A stretch of DNA of 64,000 bases from Rhynchobatus australiae (lineage: Eukaryota): positions 13,482,920 to 13,546,919 of the forward strand of contig JAUZTB010000071.1 of NCBI GenBank assembly GCA_034780895.1. The letters run 5' to 3'. This document shows positions 1 to 13,370 of the stretch, piece after piece; within the stretch, counting starts at the first letter, position 1, and each line of letters begins with the position of its first letter. The translations under genes and the position numbers were made by a program. The notes below the pieces were generated by a model, which saw nothing but the letters and a program-made list of their open reading frames with translations, was not told where the DNA came from and made no database searches.

Positions 1-110
1 TTATATATGACTGTGGCAATATTTGCAGAAGGGTACTTAATATAATGTTCCTCTTTATGATATTTTAGTGATGTATTTAGTAATAAATTGTTGGATGTGA
101 ACACCTTCAG

Positions 111-510
111 GTGTGAGTCAGTGGGTAGCTCTTTCTCAGAAGGTTGTAGGTTCAAATCCCTTTGCAGTTCCACTTAGAAATCTAGACTAATGCTCTTATG
201 CAATACTGAGAGAGTTCTGCACTGTCAGAATTGCTGCTCACTGACAATAAACAGAGGATCTGTCTGCTCTCTGGAGTGGGTATAAAAGATATGAAGAAGA
301 GAATGGAGTGTATTACTGATGTCCTGGGCAGTATTTATCCCTAAATTGATATGATAAAGATGTCACCTGGTCCTTATTGCTATGCTGTTTCTGGGAGCTT
401 GCCATGCACATATTGATGTGTTCCCTATATAACAAGAGTTACTATACTTCAAAAGTACTTCATGGGCTCTAAGGCAGTTTGGGATAACTTGAGGCTGTGA
501 AATGTGCAGC
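111..510 (+). mobile_element. DeuSINE (SacSINE1-like) tRNA-derived SINE, near full length, diverged
   Basis: tRNA-like head (tcagtgggtagc...ggttcaaatccc), Deu-domain-like body (tactgag...ctgcactgtc...gtcctgggcagtatttatccct) and L2-type tail (acttcaaaagtacttcat...tttggga...tgaggctgtgaaa). Confidence 0.75.
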
Positions 511-2436
511 ATCTCTGACCTGCTGTACTTTCAGTACTGTGATTTCTAAACATCGATTTCTAAATGGGACTGAAAAGGATTTGAGCCCACAACCTTTGGA
601 GAAAGTTTTTTATATACTACAAGTCTGTCTACTAATGTAGCTATCGATTATTTCCAACCTGATAAACTGCAAAGACATAAGTACATCTGTGGAGAATAAT
701 TTTGCTGAATGTGCCAAGGCAAGGAGGCTTTCACAAACATATTTACAGTGTTGCCCTACTCAATAACCACAGGATTTTTTAATCCTAAAATACAAGATCA
801 AATCTGTAATGATGTGCATGTCAGAAGATTGTGGAGATGCTACTACAATGTAATCACAGGTATTGGCTGTCAGTGAGGTGTCATGCAAAGTCTTACTTTT
901 TACAATGTAATCAAAAAGTTAAACAAAATCAGATTTTCCTATCCCATGGTGATGTTAGCAACTTATTTATTGATGTCCAAACTTTTGGAGCCAGCTTATG
1001 TTTGGTGTGCCTGCGTGGTTGGCGTGTATCCTGTAACAGATTGGAGGGGACAGTCTTTGACAGTGTGTTCCATTGTTTGGCTTTCATTGCTGCAGTGACA
1101 ACTAGGATTGGATTTGGGTTTCCGTCAGTGTATAAGATGACCACATTTTCTTTGGTTCATATTTGGCTCTCTGCATGCTGTGCAGAGGATAAAAAAGGAA
1201 ATTGTGAATGGTGTAAATCTGTAATAAAAATAGAAAATTCTCTGAATGTTCAAGAGGTTGTTCAGTTTATGAAAGTGAATATGAGACAGTAGGTTAACAT
1301 TTGGAATGGAATCTGCCTTGTTGCTTGCTGTCTGACCTGCTGTACATTTATAGCACATTCTGTGTTGATTTAATTTACACCTGCTGAATTCTAAATTTTT
1401 TTAGTCTCTCACTGTCCCTTTCCACATTTCATTATTTTGTTGAACTGGCTGTCTGTACAAAAGATGTTATGATGTTGAATACAGCAATTTATTCATTCAA
1501 AGGAAGCTTGCTGTGGATACAATTTACAATCACATTAAAACTAACTGCAAATAATTCAAATGGATTGCATGTTTTTACTTTGGGGAGTTTTGAAATAGCC
1601 TTCATTCCTGGGAGTACCAGACAGTTTGTTTTCTAAAATAAAAATTAAAGATGTAAATATAATAAGGGAATTCTTTCTCCCTAATCTATACAGCTCAATG
1701 TTTCTTCAGCCTATGTCTGGATCAGCTGGAGTACACTAAGAAGGCTTTTGCTTGCATCTGTCACTGTCATTGTGTAATGTGGTGCCTGGGAACTGGGGTG
1801 TGAGTTGCAGGTGGGCAGTAAGATACAGCTGTAGAGGACTGTGCACAGCTTGGCCCCATTCAATATGCCAGTCTTAGTGAGTTATCAAACGCTATTCCAC
1901 GGCAAGTTAATCTAAAGGGATTCTGCCACTAACCAAGTTGAATTAATGCGTGTTGTTCACTTCAACTTAGAAAATTTTCTCTCCCCTCTCTCACTATAAA
2001 CCAACCCCCTAACCTTTTTAAAAAAACTAATCATTGTCAGTGTGCGATGGAGGGAGAGTGAAGCCGATGGGGGGGGGAAATGTGTTATGTTGTAGTACCT
2101 ATCTTTTTTTATCCAAAGGATTTTACCATTGATCCATAATCCCACTCATCATGGCTGTAGGCCACAAATGGCTTTGAGTTTATCTCAAAAGTGCTGACCA
2201 AAATCACAGTATTTATTACAAGAAGAGGAAGGCACACCCTAAAAATAGACAGTGTCCCTCAAAGATGCCTGCTTCAATTTTCTAATAAATCATCACCAAG
2301 GTGAGGGAATTATTTTCAGAGTACCTCATTTTCACATTTCTGTTCCTTCCCTCTTTGTCTTCTTCTAAACAGGATAAACTGTGGAAATTACCATAATATC
2401 TATGGTGGTGAGAGGATTTGTGATATTGGCAAAATA

Positions 2437-2757
2437 CAACAACAACTTTAGATTATATAGCACCTTTAATGTGTTAAGACATCCCAAGGTGTTTCATTAA
2501 ACGAAAATTGATGTGGAACCACAGGATTCATGGCAGACATTCCAAAACTCAATCAAACAGGTAGCTTTAAGGAGTAACCTGGAGGAGGAGGGAGAGTTAG
2601 AGTGGGTTGGACGCCTAATTCCAGAGTCCTGGCAGCGCTATCATGGCTACCAGTGGTGGGGCAACTAAATTCAGTGATGATCAAGTAGCTAGAATTGAAG
2701 GAGGTCAGATATCTCCGAGGGTTATTGGACAGGAGTAGAATTACTGAGGTAGGGAGG
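2437..2757 (-). mobile_element. L2-like LINE 3' fragment
   Basis: Reverse of an L2 tail (aacaacaact...tatatagcacctttaat...catcccaaggtgtttca) followed by degenerate ORF2-end sequence; runs into a gap. Confidence 0.6.
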
Positions 2758-5700
2758 NNNNNNNNNNNNNNNNNNNNNNNNNNNNNNNNNNNNNNNNNNN
2801 NNNNNNNNNNNNNNNNNNNNNNNNNNNNNNNNNNNNNNNNNNNNNNNNNNNNNNNNNGTAGGGAGGTAGAAAGTCAGCTGCAATCTTCCTTTATCTGGGC
2901 TCGCCCCACAAAAGTTACTCATGAGTGAATTTTGTCTGTAATTAATTTGGCAACAGAGATCTTCTGTAAATAGGCTGTCTGTCTGTTTACACTGTCAGAT
3001 CCTAATTAACGTTAACTGAAAACGTGCAGCATGAGTCCCCATTTAAGTTGTGCAGAGTTTGTCACTGTGGAGTGATAATACTAATTTGTGGAGATGCTTT
3101 GAAAAGCAATCAGCAGTGTGGATACTTGCTTCAGACTGAGTTTGAATGAATCTATCGTTTTTGGTTTAAGAGAATGGGGAAAACCTTGCTTGCTGGAGTT
3201 GACAGATTTTTGCCACAGAAGCTTCAGTAACTCTTGGGATTTTTGTGCATGCACTGTTGTATGTGAAAGACTGAGACTGCTGAGTAACAGATGGTATTGC
3301 ATCTATCGCTATGATCCACTGCTAGACTCTATGTGGAGTCTAGCAGAGAGATCAGTCTTATTGGGATTTCCCAGTTTAATGCTGCAAAATCACCTCTCCA
3401 ATCCTATGCCAGATCAGGCCTGGTGTAGGATTGAAGACCGCGTAAANNNNNNNNNNNNNNNNNNNNNNNNNNNNNNNNNNNNNNNNNNNNNNNNNNNNNN
3501 NNNNNNNNNNNNNNNNNNNNNNNNNNNNNNNNNNNNNNNNNNNNNNNNNNNNNNNNNNNNNNNNNNNNNNNNNNNNNNNNNNNNNNNNNNNNNNNNNNNN
3601 NNNNNNNNNNNNNNNNNNNNNNNNNNNNNNNNNNNNNNNNNNNNNNNNNNNNNNNNNNNNNNNNNNNNNNNNNNNNNNNNNNNNNNNNNNNNNNNNNNNN
3701 GATGAACCAATGCATTGCATACCAATACCACAGAATGGGAACTGACTTTGAGCAAGAATACTGGCAAATATTATTGTAACTAACCACTGCACTATGTTCT
3801 CAGTGATAAGTTGCACAGAATGCTGGTTTAAATCCTACCATAGTAGATTGTGAATTTGTTTTAAGCGTTAAAAAGAAATTGGACAAATCCAAGTTGATGT
3901 TATCATTGCTGTTGTAGCAGTTGGCGTAAGTATGTCTTGAAGGGAAAATCTCATTATTAAAGCAACAAATTATTGAGATCATATTGAGCCCTTGTTGGTT
4001 ATAATTGAGTTTCTGCCAAGCTTTAAAAAGTTAAAATCACAAGATTAGACTACATAAACCAACTTTTTCACTGCCATATTGATGGAAGATTATTTTCTTA
4101 AATTGTCAAGTATATGATAAACTCTCATTGCATCTGAATGTTTATGGGTACTGGAGAACTAATCAGTTTATAGAAAATTGTGCAAAAGCCAAAGAGCTAC
4201 ACTGTGATGCTAAAGTGTGTGAGGGAGTAATATAGGCAAAAGGAAAAATAAAATCTCTTTGGAGATAGCAACTTAATTTCCTTGTGCCAGTGGAAATCTT
4301 GAGTTATGTAGCTCAGCATTATTCTTCAATTTCTTTTCCTAATCTATCACTGTCAGCTATTTATACTCAATTTAAAAAAATGCTGCACTGGAATTTTAGA
4401 ATGCTTGAGTATTCTAGAATACCATGAGAATAAAGTAGGCAGTGCTGTAAATAGCTCTCTCTATATAGTTGGACTGGGAAAAGTGAAAAGCTCAGTCTGG
4501 TATTTTACTGAAGTCATCCANNNNAGATTTAATAATGTTCTGACATGGTCTTTCCTTCTTTGGACTGAATTTGGGAAATGCATCTATTGGCTGTAGATAT
4601 GCACTGTAAGAAGATTTTACACCTAAAACCTTTCTCCCACCCATTTAGGTTGTTTAGCCTGTTAAGAACATTATGACATTCATGAAGCCATAAGACTTTG
4701 GCAAAAGAATATTGTGTTTCCTCATGTTGAAAGCATTCTGTTCACTAAATGATTGATTCCCTACTTCCCAAGCTCATAGACATTAAAAATCAATAAAGAA
4801 GTTGTAATGAAGCACAACCATTTGTGTTTTTTTCTGCAGATCTCATTTGTTATGTTTTAATTATGTATAAATGTGAAGTTGATGGTAACATATTCAGTGA
4901 CTTAATGACTTGTGTGCTGTGGAGTCTCCATTCCTCGAAATCAGAAAGGTTCAAAACATTGGCCTAAATCTGCAGCTTTAGTCAAGCTGAACCCCCTGAT
5001 GGTTTCAGTAAGGTTTACTGCATTTGTCGCTATGTCTAATTTACAATTGTATGAAGAAGATCAAATACTAAGAAACTACATGGTTAAAATGATTCTTGGG
5101 ACAAAGTCATTTATAAGTAGTCCCTTCGTATATGCTAACAGGGATATTAATCTTTTATCATAGTACCTGCGTAGGTGTGTTGGGTGGAGCTAGAAGTAAG
5201 CTCTTCGAAAAGCAACTGCTGGATTATGTCTTAACTAATTAAATATTATAGATTCTGCAGTGCGACGTGTTTTCCATGAGAACTGGAGGAGAGTGCAGAG
5301 GATGTGAAGGAAGATTAATTGACTGACCTCTGCCAATGACAGCGGGTGCATGACCACAACACAGTAAAGTCCATAGAGCAGAGCAGTATGTTCACCAATG
5401 CCCAGTTAGAGGGAAGCCATCAGCACACAGTAGGATATGGGAGAGTTTGGAGAGAAAAAGATCTTAGTGTTAAAGAGTATCATTAACATAGCCCCCCACA
5501 TATGAAGATTTTCACTTACTAAGCAGTCTCTAATGATAATGATATTATAGGTGTCAGGAATAGTTGCTTTGGTGCACCATTGTACTTAACTCAAATTAAT
5601 CAGTTATATTCTCTGAATACAACACAAATGGAGTTAACAATCAGAACACGATATCAGAGAATCTAGAATGATGGAGCTAAGAACAATTGAAGCCTATTCT

Positions 5701-6164
5701 GACAATTTCAGGTACTCAGCCAAATCTCAAATGTTCCCATTAACTCTCTGCATGCTTGGGGTGTGGCTTGCCTCATAATCAAAAGGTAGTTATGGAACGA
5801 GGAAGCCTAGCGACTCACCCACCTGGAAGGATTCTTAAATTCACCCGATTTGGCACCCAATTGTTTTCGATGTGATTTCAGGATTTTCACTTAAACCCTC
5901 ACCCTGTCTTCAGATCTCCTTTGCCTGAAGGCAGCAGACCTAAGCTGATGTTTTACTAGCCTGAAGCTAAGTAATGTTCTAGATGTATCTCATCCATTCT
6001 CTTGACGACCTACAGTATGTACTTTTGTAAGATCACCTTTTCAGACATTTCTCTTCCAGTTTAGGAAGCTTTGTCAGTCTTGCCTCTTCACCCTAGCTTC
6101 TGATGCTCTAGATTAGTCTGCTGTCTATTTATCTCCACAAACAGATCTGCCCAAAATAAAAATA

Positions 6165-6591
6165 GTCTTGCATTTGTATGACAGCTTTCCTATCCTTTTC
6201 AAACATTCCACAGGAATACTTCAAAGCTGTAGTCAAAGCTGTAATGTAGGGAACGTGGCAGCCAATTTGTGCTGTGCAAGATTTTGTAATCAGTATAGAA
6301 TTGCTAAAGGACAAAATGGGGCCATTCAGCCCATCAAAACCATGCCAGCTTCTTGAAGAGCAATATGTTTTTTCCCATGATCTCTCGTGCAACCTTTCTA
6401 GTTATTTTCTCATGAATGTGATAATGACCAGTTAATCTGTTTAAATGATGTTCATTCATGGATTAAATATAGTCCAGGACACAAGGAATCCTCCCTACCG
6501 CTTCTTTGAAATATTAGCCAAGGGATCATTTAAGTCCACCAAGAGAGCAGATCGGTTTAACATCTCATCCAAAAGATAGTATCTCCAACAG
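6165..6591 (-). mobile_element. SacSINE1-like DeuSINE interrupted by a short CR1-type tail (about 6295-6420)
   Basis: tgtaatgtagggaacgtggcagccaatttg and ataatgaccagttaatctg...ccaggacac...tttaacatctcatccaaaaga match the reverse of the family at 111-510. Confidence 0.7.
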
Positions 6592-7329
6592 NNNNNNNNN
6601 NNNNNNNNNNNNNNNNNNNNNNNNNNNNNNNNNNNNNNNNNNNNNNNNNNNNNNNNNNNNNNNNNNNNNNNNNNNNNNNNNNNNNNNNNNNNNNNNNNNN
6701 NNNNNNNNNNNNNNNNNNNNNNNNNNNNNNNNNNNNNNNNNNNNNNNNNNNNNNNNNNNNNNNNNNNNNNNNNNNNNNNNNNNNNNNNNNNNNNNNNNNN
6801 NNNNNNNNNNNNNNNNNATTAATGAAGTTATTAACATGCAACAACAATATTACATTGTGCAGTGGAGTGAAGCTCAGCTACCTCAGTTTGTCAACTTCAC
6901 CACAACATCATGATGCAAGTCTGCTCCAGATATTAGATTAGTGTGGATAATATCCAAGGAACCCGATCACTTTGACCTTTCCAGTGACTAATTAACACAT
7001 TTACTGTATGATTGGATGCCTCTTGCTCTTAATTGCGGGACAAGATCAGAGATTGTTTGCAAGTAAGAACAAAGACTACAATAGTTCTATATTTTAAAGT
7101 ATTACTTTGAAATAAACAGAGTCGATAATAAATATATGTTCTGAAATTCTTGGCTGAAATCTTGCCTCCAGTTGCAGAATTGGATGAATATTGTGTGACT
7201 TAATACCAATGTACCAAGCACTTAAACATGTGAACATTATGCTGCTGCTGGTTTGAACAAATGTTAATCTCCCTTCCCTACAGTCTTCACCCTACCTCAT
7301 GAATTTGCCTGAGGCGCACACCTGTCTGT

Positions 7330-7590
7330 TTTGTTTCTGTTCATTCCTGGGATGCAGTTGTTGCTGGCACAGCCAACTTTGGTGGCCCATCCCAAATTAC
7401 CCTTAAGTAATTGGTGGTGAGCCATCTTATTTGAACTGCTACTGTCCTTCTGGTATTTGTTATTGGGTGGAAGGTTCTTGGACTCAGCAAGGGTGAAACT
7501 CAAGCAATATATTTTCAAATTAGAATTGGTGAGGAATCTGGAATGGTGGTGTTCCAGTGCCTCTGCTGCCATTGTACATCTTGGTGATAA
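7330..7590 (-). mobile_element. CR1-group LINE 3' end, diverged
   Basis: ttcattcctgggatg...gcccatcccaaattaccctt...ggtggtgagccatctt...gaactgct...atattttcaaattagaat; same family as 16510-16775. Confidence 0.55.
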
Positions 7591-10019
7591 AGTTATTAAA
7601 GAGTAAAATAATATCTGTTGTGCGGTCTGTAGGTGCAAAATAAATGACGTCCCAAATACTCCGCTAAGAAGAGGGCTTAGTGCAATGGAACTGTTGATTC
7701 TGCACTCTCTTAGATTAAAATATTCAGCATCAAATCAGGACACTAGTGGGTAAATNNNNNNNNNNNNNNNNNNNNNNNNNNNNNNNNNNNNNNNNNNNNN
7801 NNNNNNNNNNNNNNNNNNNNNNNNNNNNNNNNNNNNNNNNNNNNNNNNNNNNNNNAGTGGGTAAATACATGATTTTCATAAGGGAATGTATGACTGACTT
7901 AATTTTCTTTTAGAAAAAGATGCATGTGCTAACTAATATGTAATAAATTAGATTGGTGTTCTGATCTTTCTGTTTACTTGTCAAATGCTGGATTAGTATT
8001 TTTGTACCAGTGCCATTTGGCAATTGTTTCAGTTAGCTAATGTTAAAAATATTGTTCCCAGAAAGGATGGTAGTCTGTGGTTTTCTTTATGCTGTATGCT
8101 GATTAGTTAAATATTAATTTATGAAAGTGCTTATGTCTGTACTTCAGCTTGAAAAGGGATAGATCTTTCAGAACTTACTAAAATACTGTTTTTTTGTTTA
8201 AATTCTTACGTAAGTATGCAGGCAGAATGTAAGTGTTCACACTTGTAACTTCTTTAACAATGTTACGGAAAGTGAATGCTATGCAGATTTAGGAATTATG
8301 CTTTAAGATAAATGGAAAAGAATCTCAGTCCTTTTGTCCATCTTGAGTGTTTCTAAATTGAACAGAATTAGTTTAATAACAAGTTATGTTATGTCAGCTA
8401 TCCCATTAAATTGGATTGGATCTCCTTGTCATTGGATTAAGACCTCATTCTGTCAAGACTGTGTGGTATCTGGTGTGTACAGCCATCCCACGTTAATAGT
8501 ATTCACTTCTTCTACATAGTGGATGAGAGCCATCCTTACCTGAGGGACTGCCAAAGAAGGAGAAAAGGATTGAAAGCTAAATTCCATTTACATTTTTTAA
8601 ATTCCAAAATCATTGGCTAAATCACTTGAAAGTTCTTTGGTATTCAAAGTAAGTTGTTGTGTCCATCAGTAACATTCCAACCTACAGGTTAAAGAAGAGC
8701 TAGAGAAATCCATGTGCTTAAATGTGTAGGCCCAAGAATATTCATTTCGAGTGCAACTGATTATCCAGATGCAAATCGCATTCTAGCTGCACCAATCTTG
8801 AGGAGTGTTAGGAGGGGGGATTGTCACCAGCACATTGAGGCTTGTAAATCCATTACTGTGTAGCATATCCACGACTCCACCGGATGTGGGCCAACTGCAT
8901 AAAGAATCAGTATCTCCTAAGGCTGGGACTGAGATGCTTTTCCTTTACTGTGCCGTTAAAAGACTGTGCAAAAATAGCAGATTAGCCCAGGATCACGGGG
9001 TGGTGAAAGGAAGAGGCCTGGTATTTGTACATCAGATCTTCCACTGGGGGTTTGGGGTCATGAAGGACCTGATCTGGGGAAATTGGCATTTTGGCTGAGA
9101 GTTTTGAGTTGGAGTGTGGGAGATCTGGACAGTGGAGTAAGATGGGATGGTGAGGGAATGAGGGTTGAAGAAGTTCAGCTTGATAAATAAAGAGGACCAT
9201 TCAGAGTCTGATTCTTAGAGCGAGGCTAAGGTCTGTTCAGGAAGCCTTTTAAATGGCGCTGATGCAAAGCAAATAGCTCTGTAAAACCCTTCCCACCAGC
9301 ATAATGTAGGATTGGAAATGGCCTCCCGAATTTCCAGAATGGTACAATTAGACTTTGAATCATGTCTGTACCAGAAGAAAAATTATTTTCATATATGCAG
9401 TACTGCAATCAAAAGCAGCCCTGGGCCTCTGAATTTCTAGGCTGCTTCATTTCAGGTTTTCACTAAAGCTTAAAAATGAAACTGTCAAAAATAAAACCTG
9501 CCATGAACAAGCAACATTGAATACTGTTTTAAAACACATGGTTTAATAAGCATCTGTTTGCTTTAAAAATATTTCTTGATGTAGTTGAGAATGGAACCTG
9601 GTGCAGTTTAACTAATATAGCTGATAAGGGGCTTATCACAAAGAAAATTTAAGCCTTTGAATTGGAGGGTCTAGTTCACAACCTGTGAATAACCAGAATT
9701 TAAGTGCTGAAAATATCTCCAAAAAAAATCTTCAAAATCAGTTGCTAGTCATATTGGTGTTTTGTATTCAATTTTTTAAAATGTTAAATTAAAAAGAAAT
9801 TTTAAAGTACTCTCCCCACAGCTTTAAAACAAAAGCTCTTTATGCTGGCAAATGTGCACAGTTGACAGAAATATGCAAAGATGATCTGGAGTCAAAAGGA
9901 GCTTGTGGGCTTCCAGTGTGACATTTCTTAAACTAATGCACAGAAATAGTGTCATCTGTTGTATCAGTGATATGGTCTATGAAATGTACGAACTGTGCAT
10001 AAAAATGTAAGATGTGGGA

Positions 10020-10546
10020 GCTGCTGTCAGCATCTGCAATTTTGTCTGCAGGTCTGGACTCCCTATCCAAGCAAGGATAGCCTTGCGAGAGAGGGACTGC
10101 AGCAAAGGTTCAGCATATTGATCCACGGGATGGAAGATTTGTCATATGAGGAGAGATTAAGCAGACTGGGTCTTTATTGTCTTGAGTTTAAAAGAATGAG
10201 AGGGGCTCTCATTGAAAGGTACAAAACTCATACAGGACTTGACTAATAGATGCGGAATCGATATTCCCCCTGTCTGGTGTGTCCAGAACCAAGGGCTAGA
10301 CTCAAAATGAGTGATCAGCCATTCAGGACTATGAAGAAAAGAACTTTCTTCACTCAGATGGGTGAATCTCTGGAATTCTCTACCCAAGAGATTCAGTCAC
10401 TGAATTTATTCAGGAAAGAGTTCGATAGATATCAAGGGATAGTGAGGTTAGTGTAGGAAAGTGACAAAATCAGTCATAATCTTATTGAATGCCAAAGCTG
10501 GCATGAAAGGTCGTGGCCAACTCCTGCTTCTATTTCTTATGTTCTC
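10020..10546 (+). mobile_element. CR1 (HER1-like) LINE 3' fragment
   Basis: Degenerate ORF2 C-terminus (QVWTPY...LQQRFSILIHGMEDLSYEERLSRLGLYCLEFKRMRGALIERYK) plus 3' tail ctcctgcttctatttcttatgttct. Confidence 0.9.
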
Positions 10547-11739
10547 NNNNNNNNNNNNNNNNNNNNNNNNNNNNNNNNNNNNNNNNNNNNNNNNNNNNNN
10601 NNNNNNNNNNNNNNNNNNNNNNNNNNNNNNNNNNNNNNNNNNNNNNNNNNNNNNNNNNNNNNNNNNNNNNNNNNNNNNNNNNNNNNNNNNNNNNNNNNNN
10701 NNNNNNNNNNNNNNNNNNNNNNNNNNNNNNNNNNNNNNNNNCCAACTCCTGCTTCTATTTCTTATGTTCTCACTTGGCCTCTTGAGCCTACTCCACCAGT
10801 CAGTAAGATTCCTGCTGATCTCATCTGCACCCTGCTCCATTTCTCTGCTGTTCCTCACAATCGATATTGTATTAGTAAGCAGAATATAAAGGTTGATAAC
10901 TGTTGCCCACTGTTACATTATAAGAAATAGGTTTAACACAGTTGTATGAAAGTTATTTGAATTAATTCAACTTAATGAAACTTTGAAGTCAATCCAAAAG
11001 CCTCTCCAAAGTCCTTCTGGCATGAAATTGCATTGAGATGATTCATTATAAATGCAGGTGTATATGTGCCAGATCGCACACCTGTTCTAACCTTTCATCT
11101 GAGTCATTTTGTTTGTCTTGGGCTTAATCAGATAGTAACTTCATTGTGATAAACTGAACACATGGATTTTTCCTTGGGTTCTTCCATTACTGAGATTTAT
11201 CCCCAAAGGCCATTACACCCGTACATTGCGAAAAAAATCTCAGCTTTTTAAAAAAAAATGATGATAACACTTTGAAATCCTTTGGTTTGGAAAATTTGGT
11301 TATAGCAAATCTGATATTCAACAAAATGCTCAAGCCTAGAAACTGTAGTGCATTAAGGTGGTGTTCAGTGGGGAGCCTGTGCCACTTTTGTGACAAGTCC
11401 CTTTGAAGCACTTAGCTATTGTGCATGAGACCAAAGACATTTGTGCTCCATAGTACCAACTTCATCTGCTAAAAAGCCTTTCATCTGAGAGCTTCTACTA
11501 TTGGGAATAGAGGATATAGCAGAGGAGGTTGACTNNNNNNNNNNNNNNNNNNNNNNNNNNNNNNNNNNNNNNNNNNNNNNNNNNNNNNNNNNNNNNNNNN
11601 NNNNNNNNNNGGTAGTTTAGGTGGGGAGAGGGATGGAAGATACCAGAGCTAGGTACCTAAGGATGTTGTCAGTGAGGTGGGGTGGCAGCTATCACCAAGA
11701 AAGAATGCTGAAAGAAGAATGCATCAGCAAAATAGACAT

Positions 11740-11850
11740 CATACTGTGATGCCATGTGCCCATGATGCTGCTGCAAATAAGTTTTTCATTACACCTGTGC
11801 CTAAATGTACTTGTGCATATGACAATAAGCTCAACTGTGACATTGACTTT
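11740..11850 (+). mobile_element. Rex1/Babar-like LINE 3' tail
   Basis: tgatgctgctgcaaataagtttttcattacacctgtgc...tacttgtgcatatgacaataa...gactt tail pattern. Confidence 0.45.
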
Positions 11851-12054
11851 GGCATCTCACATACACCAACAGTGGGCCAGTTAGGGTCAGGTCCCCCTTA
11901 ATAACATTGAAATGAGTCTCAGCTCTCTGATTATAAGAACTTCACTGAATCTGCCAGCTGCCTACCCATGGATGCACGTCATTGGCATGGAAGTCATGAG
12001 GGCTTTTGAAGAAACTCTACTTTGTAGTGTGTAATGATGTTACAGTACATCAGA

Positions 12055-12440
12055 GAATACCACCTCGTAGTGCATAATAATATAGTGCATAAGGGAATTT
12101 CTAGGTCACTCTATTTTGGAGCAGAGAAGTTTGATGGGGCTGTTAATAATCAGGAGGGGTTTTGGTAAATGGAGAGAAACTGTTTCTATCGGCGGGAGAG
12201 TTGGTGCGCAATGGACATATGGACAGAAGATTCCACAGGAAGATGAGAACTTTGTTTCCTTGCACTCACTGTGATATGGAATGTGATGTGTGAAAGGTTA
12301 AACAGCAAGTTTCAAAAAAGGGAATTGGATAAATACTTAGAAAGGAAAAAAAATGCTGGACTTTCAGACACTAATTGGATAGTTTGTTCAAGCCACTGCA
12401 GGGATGATGGGGAGAATGGCCACTTCCTGCTTTATGTGGT
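12055..12440 (+). mobile_element. Old CR1 3' fragment
   Basis: ctctattttggagcagagaag...gagaaactgtttct...tggaatgtg...ttcaaaaaagggaattggataaatactt...gatggggagaatggc. Confidence 0.6.
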
Positions 12441-12989
12441 TCATCATGAATGAGATTATACTACAAAAATCACAATTTTGCTGTTGGTCTCAAATCCATT
12501 GTTGCACAAACCTTGTGGTCCTATTGTGCTTACTACTGATGTAACATTACTCACTGATTTGAATGATAATGTCTGCGTAATTTCTGGACTCCAGATCAAA
12601 CAGGGGCCCCAACTGCATCTAGGCAAGGCATATTAAATAGGGGAACAAATAGAAGAGAAAAATTTCACAAACTGCAAATTTGAGAAGGCCAAATATTATT
12701 GCACCTCCCCACCTCCTGGCGCCCTCTATTTCTCACAAGCCCTCACCCCAACAGAAGTCAGCTGCACTAAGGATAATTGCAGCACACAAACGTTGTATCA
12801 TTGATTTACTTTATAGGATGACCCTTGCCTGTTTACTGTTTAGTTGGAAAACTGAGAAGTCCCTGTTTCCAAGTAGTAATTCCAAAATTCAGCTTGTAAG
12901 CATATGCTTCAAAACCTTCCCCACCAACCCCTCAAAAAACAAGGGTTGTGATCCTCAAGCAAAACCCAAAGCAGTTCATCATTGGGAAT

Positions 12990-13370
12990 AGCATTAAATC
13001 ATCTGACACCAAAACTGTACCCATGTCCCCTTGTTCTCTGCTGAGGGAGTGAAATAGGGTCTTTCCCTTTTCAGTCTATCTAGGCCCCTCATAATTTAAT
13101 GCACTTTGATTTAAGTCTGTCCTCAGCCTCCTTCTCTCCGATAACAACTCCAGCCTAGTCAGTCTCACCTCAGAGCAACATCTGGCAGCATCTTTTCAAA
13201 TCTCTGCTCCCCCACCACCACCCCCAGCCCCCCCCCTCCTATCACATCGTTTCTGTATTGTGTTGCCCAGAACTGTGCACAGTAACTCAGCATGGCTTCC
13301 CTGCTCCTATTATCTATGTGTCAACCAATTAAAGCATTTATCCTGTGTGCCTTTTTAACTACCTTTACGT
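12990..13370 (-). mobile_element. Old CR1 fragment
   Basis: tctatctaggcccctcataattt...cctcagcctccttctctcc...tgcccagaactgtgcacagta, the reverse of a CR1 ORF2 end. Confidence 0.6.

Noticed and set aside
831-1292. 153-aa ORF and overlapping ORFs
   Set aside because: Non-ATG start, no recognisable homology, no convincing splice structure.
3118-3446. ORF with a faint resemblance to a LINE RT motif (FGLREWGKPCLLEL) and an 11-bp hairpin at 3319-3346
   Set aside because: The similarity is too short to call, the ORF length is inflated by Ns, and the hairpin is near chance level.
10517-10770. Direct repeats on both sides of N gaps (also at 2749/2858, 7745/7856, about 17625/17741, about 29015/29124 and about 44188/44328)
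   Set aside because: Identical sequence on each side of a gap is the signature of unmerged overlapping contig ends, not of tandem repeats or TSDs.
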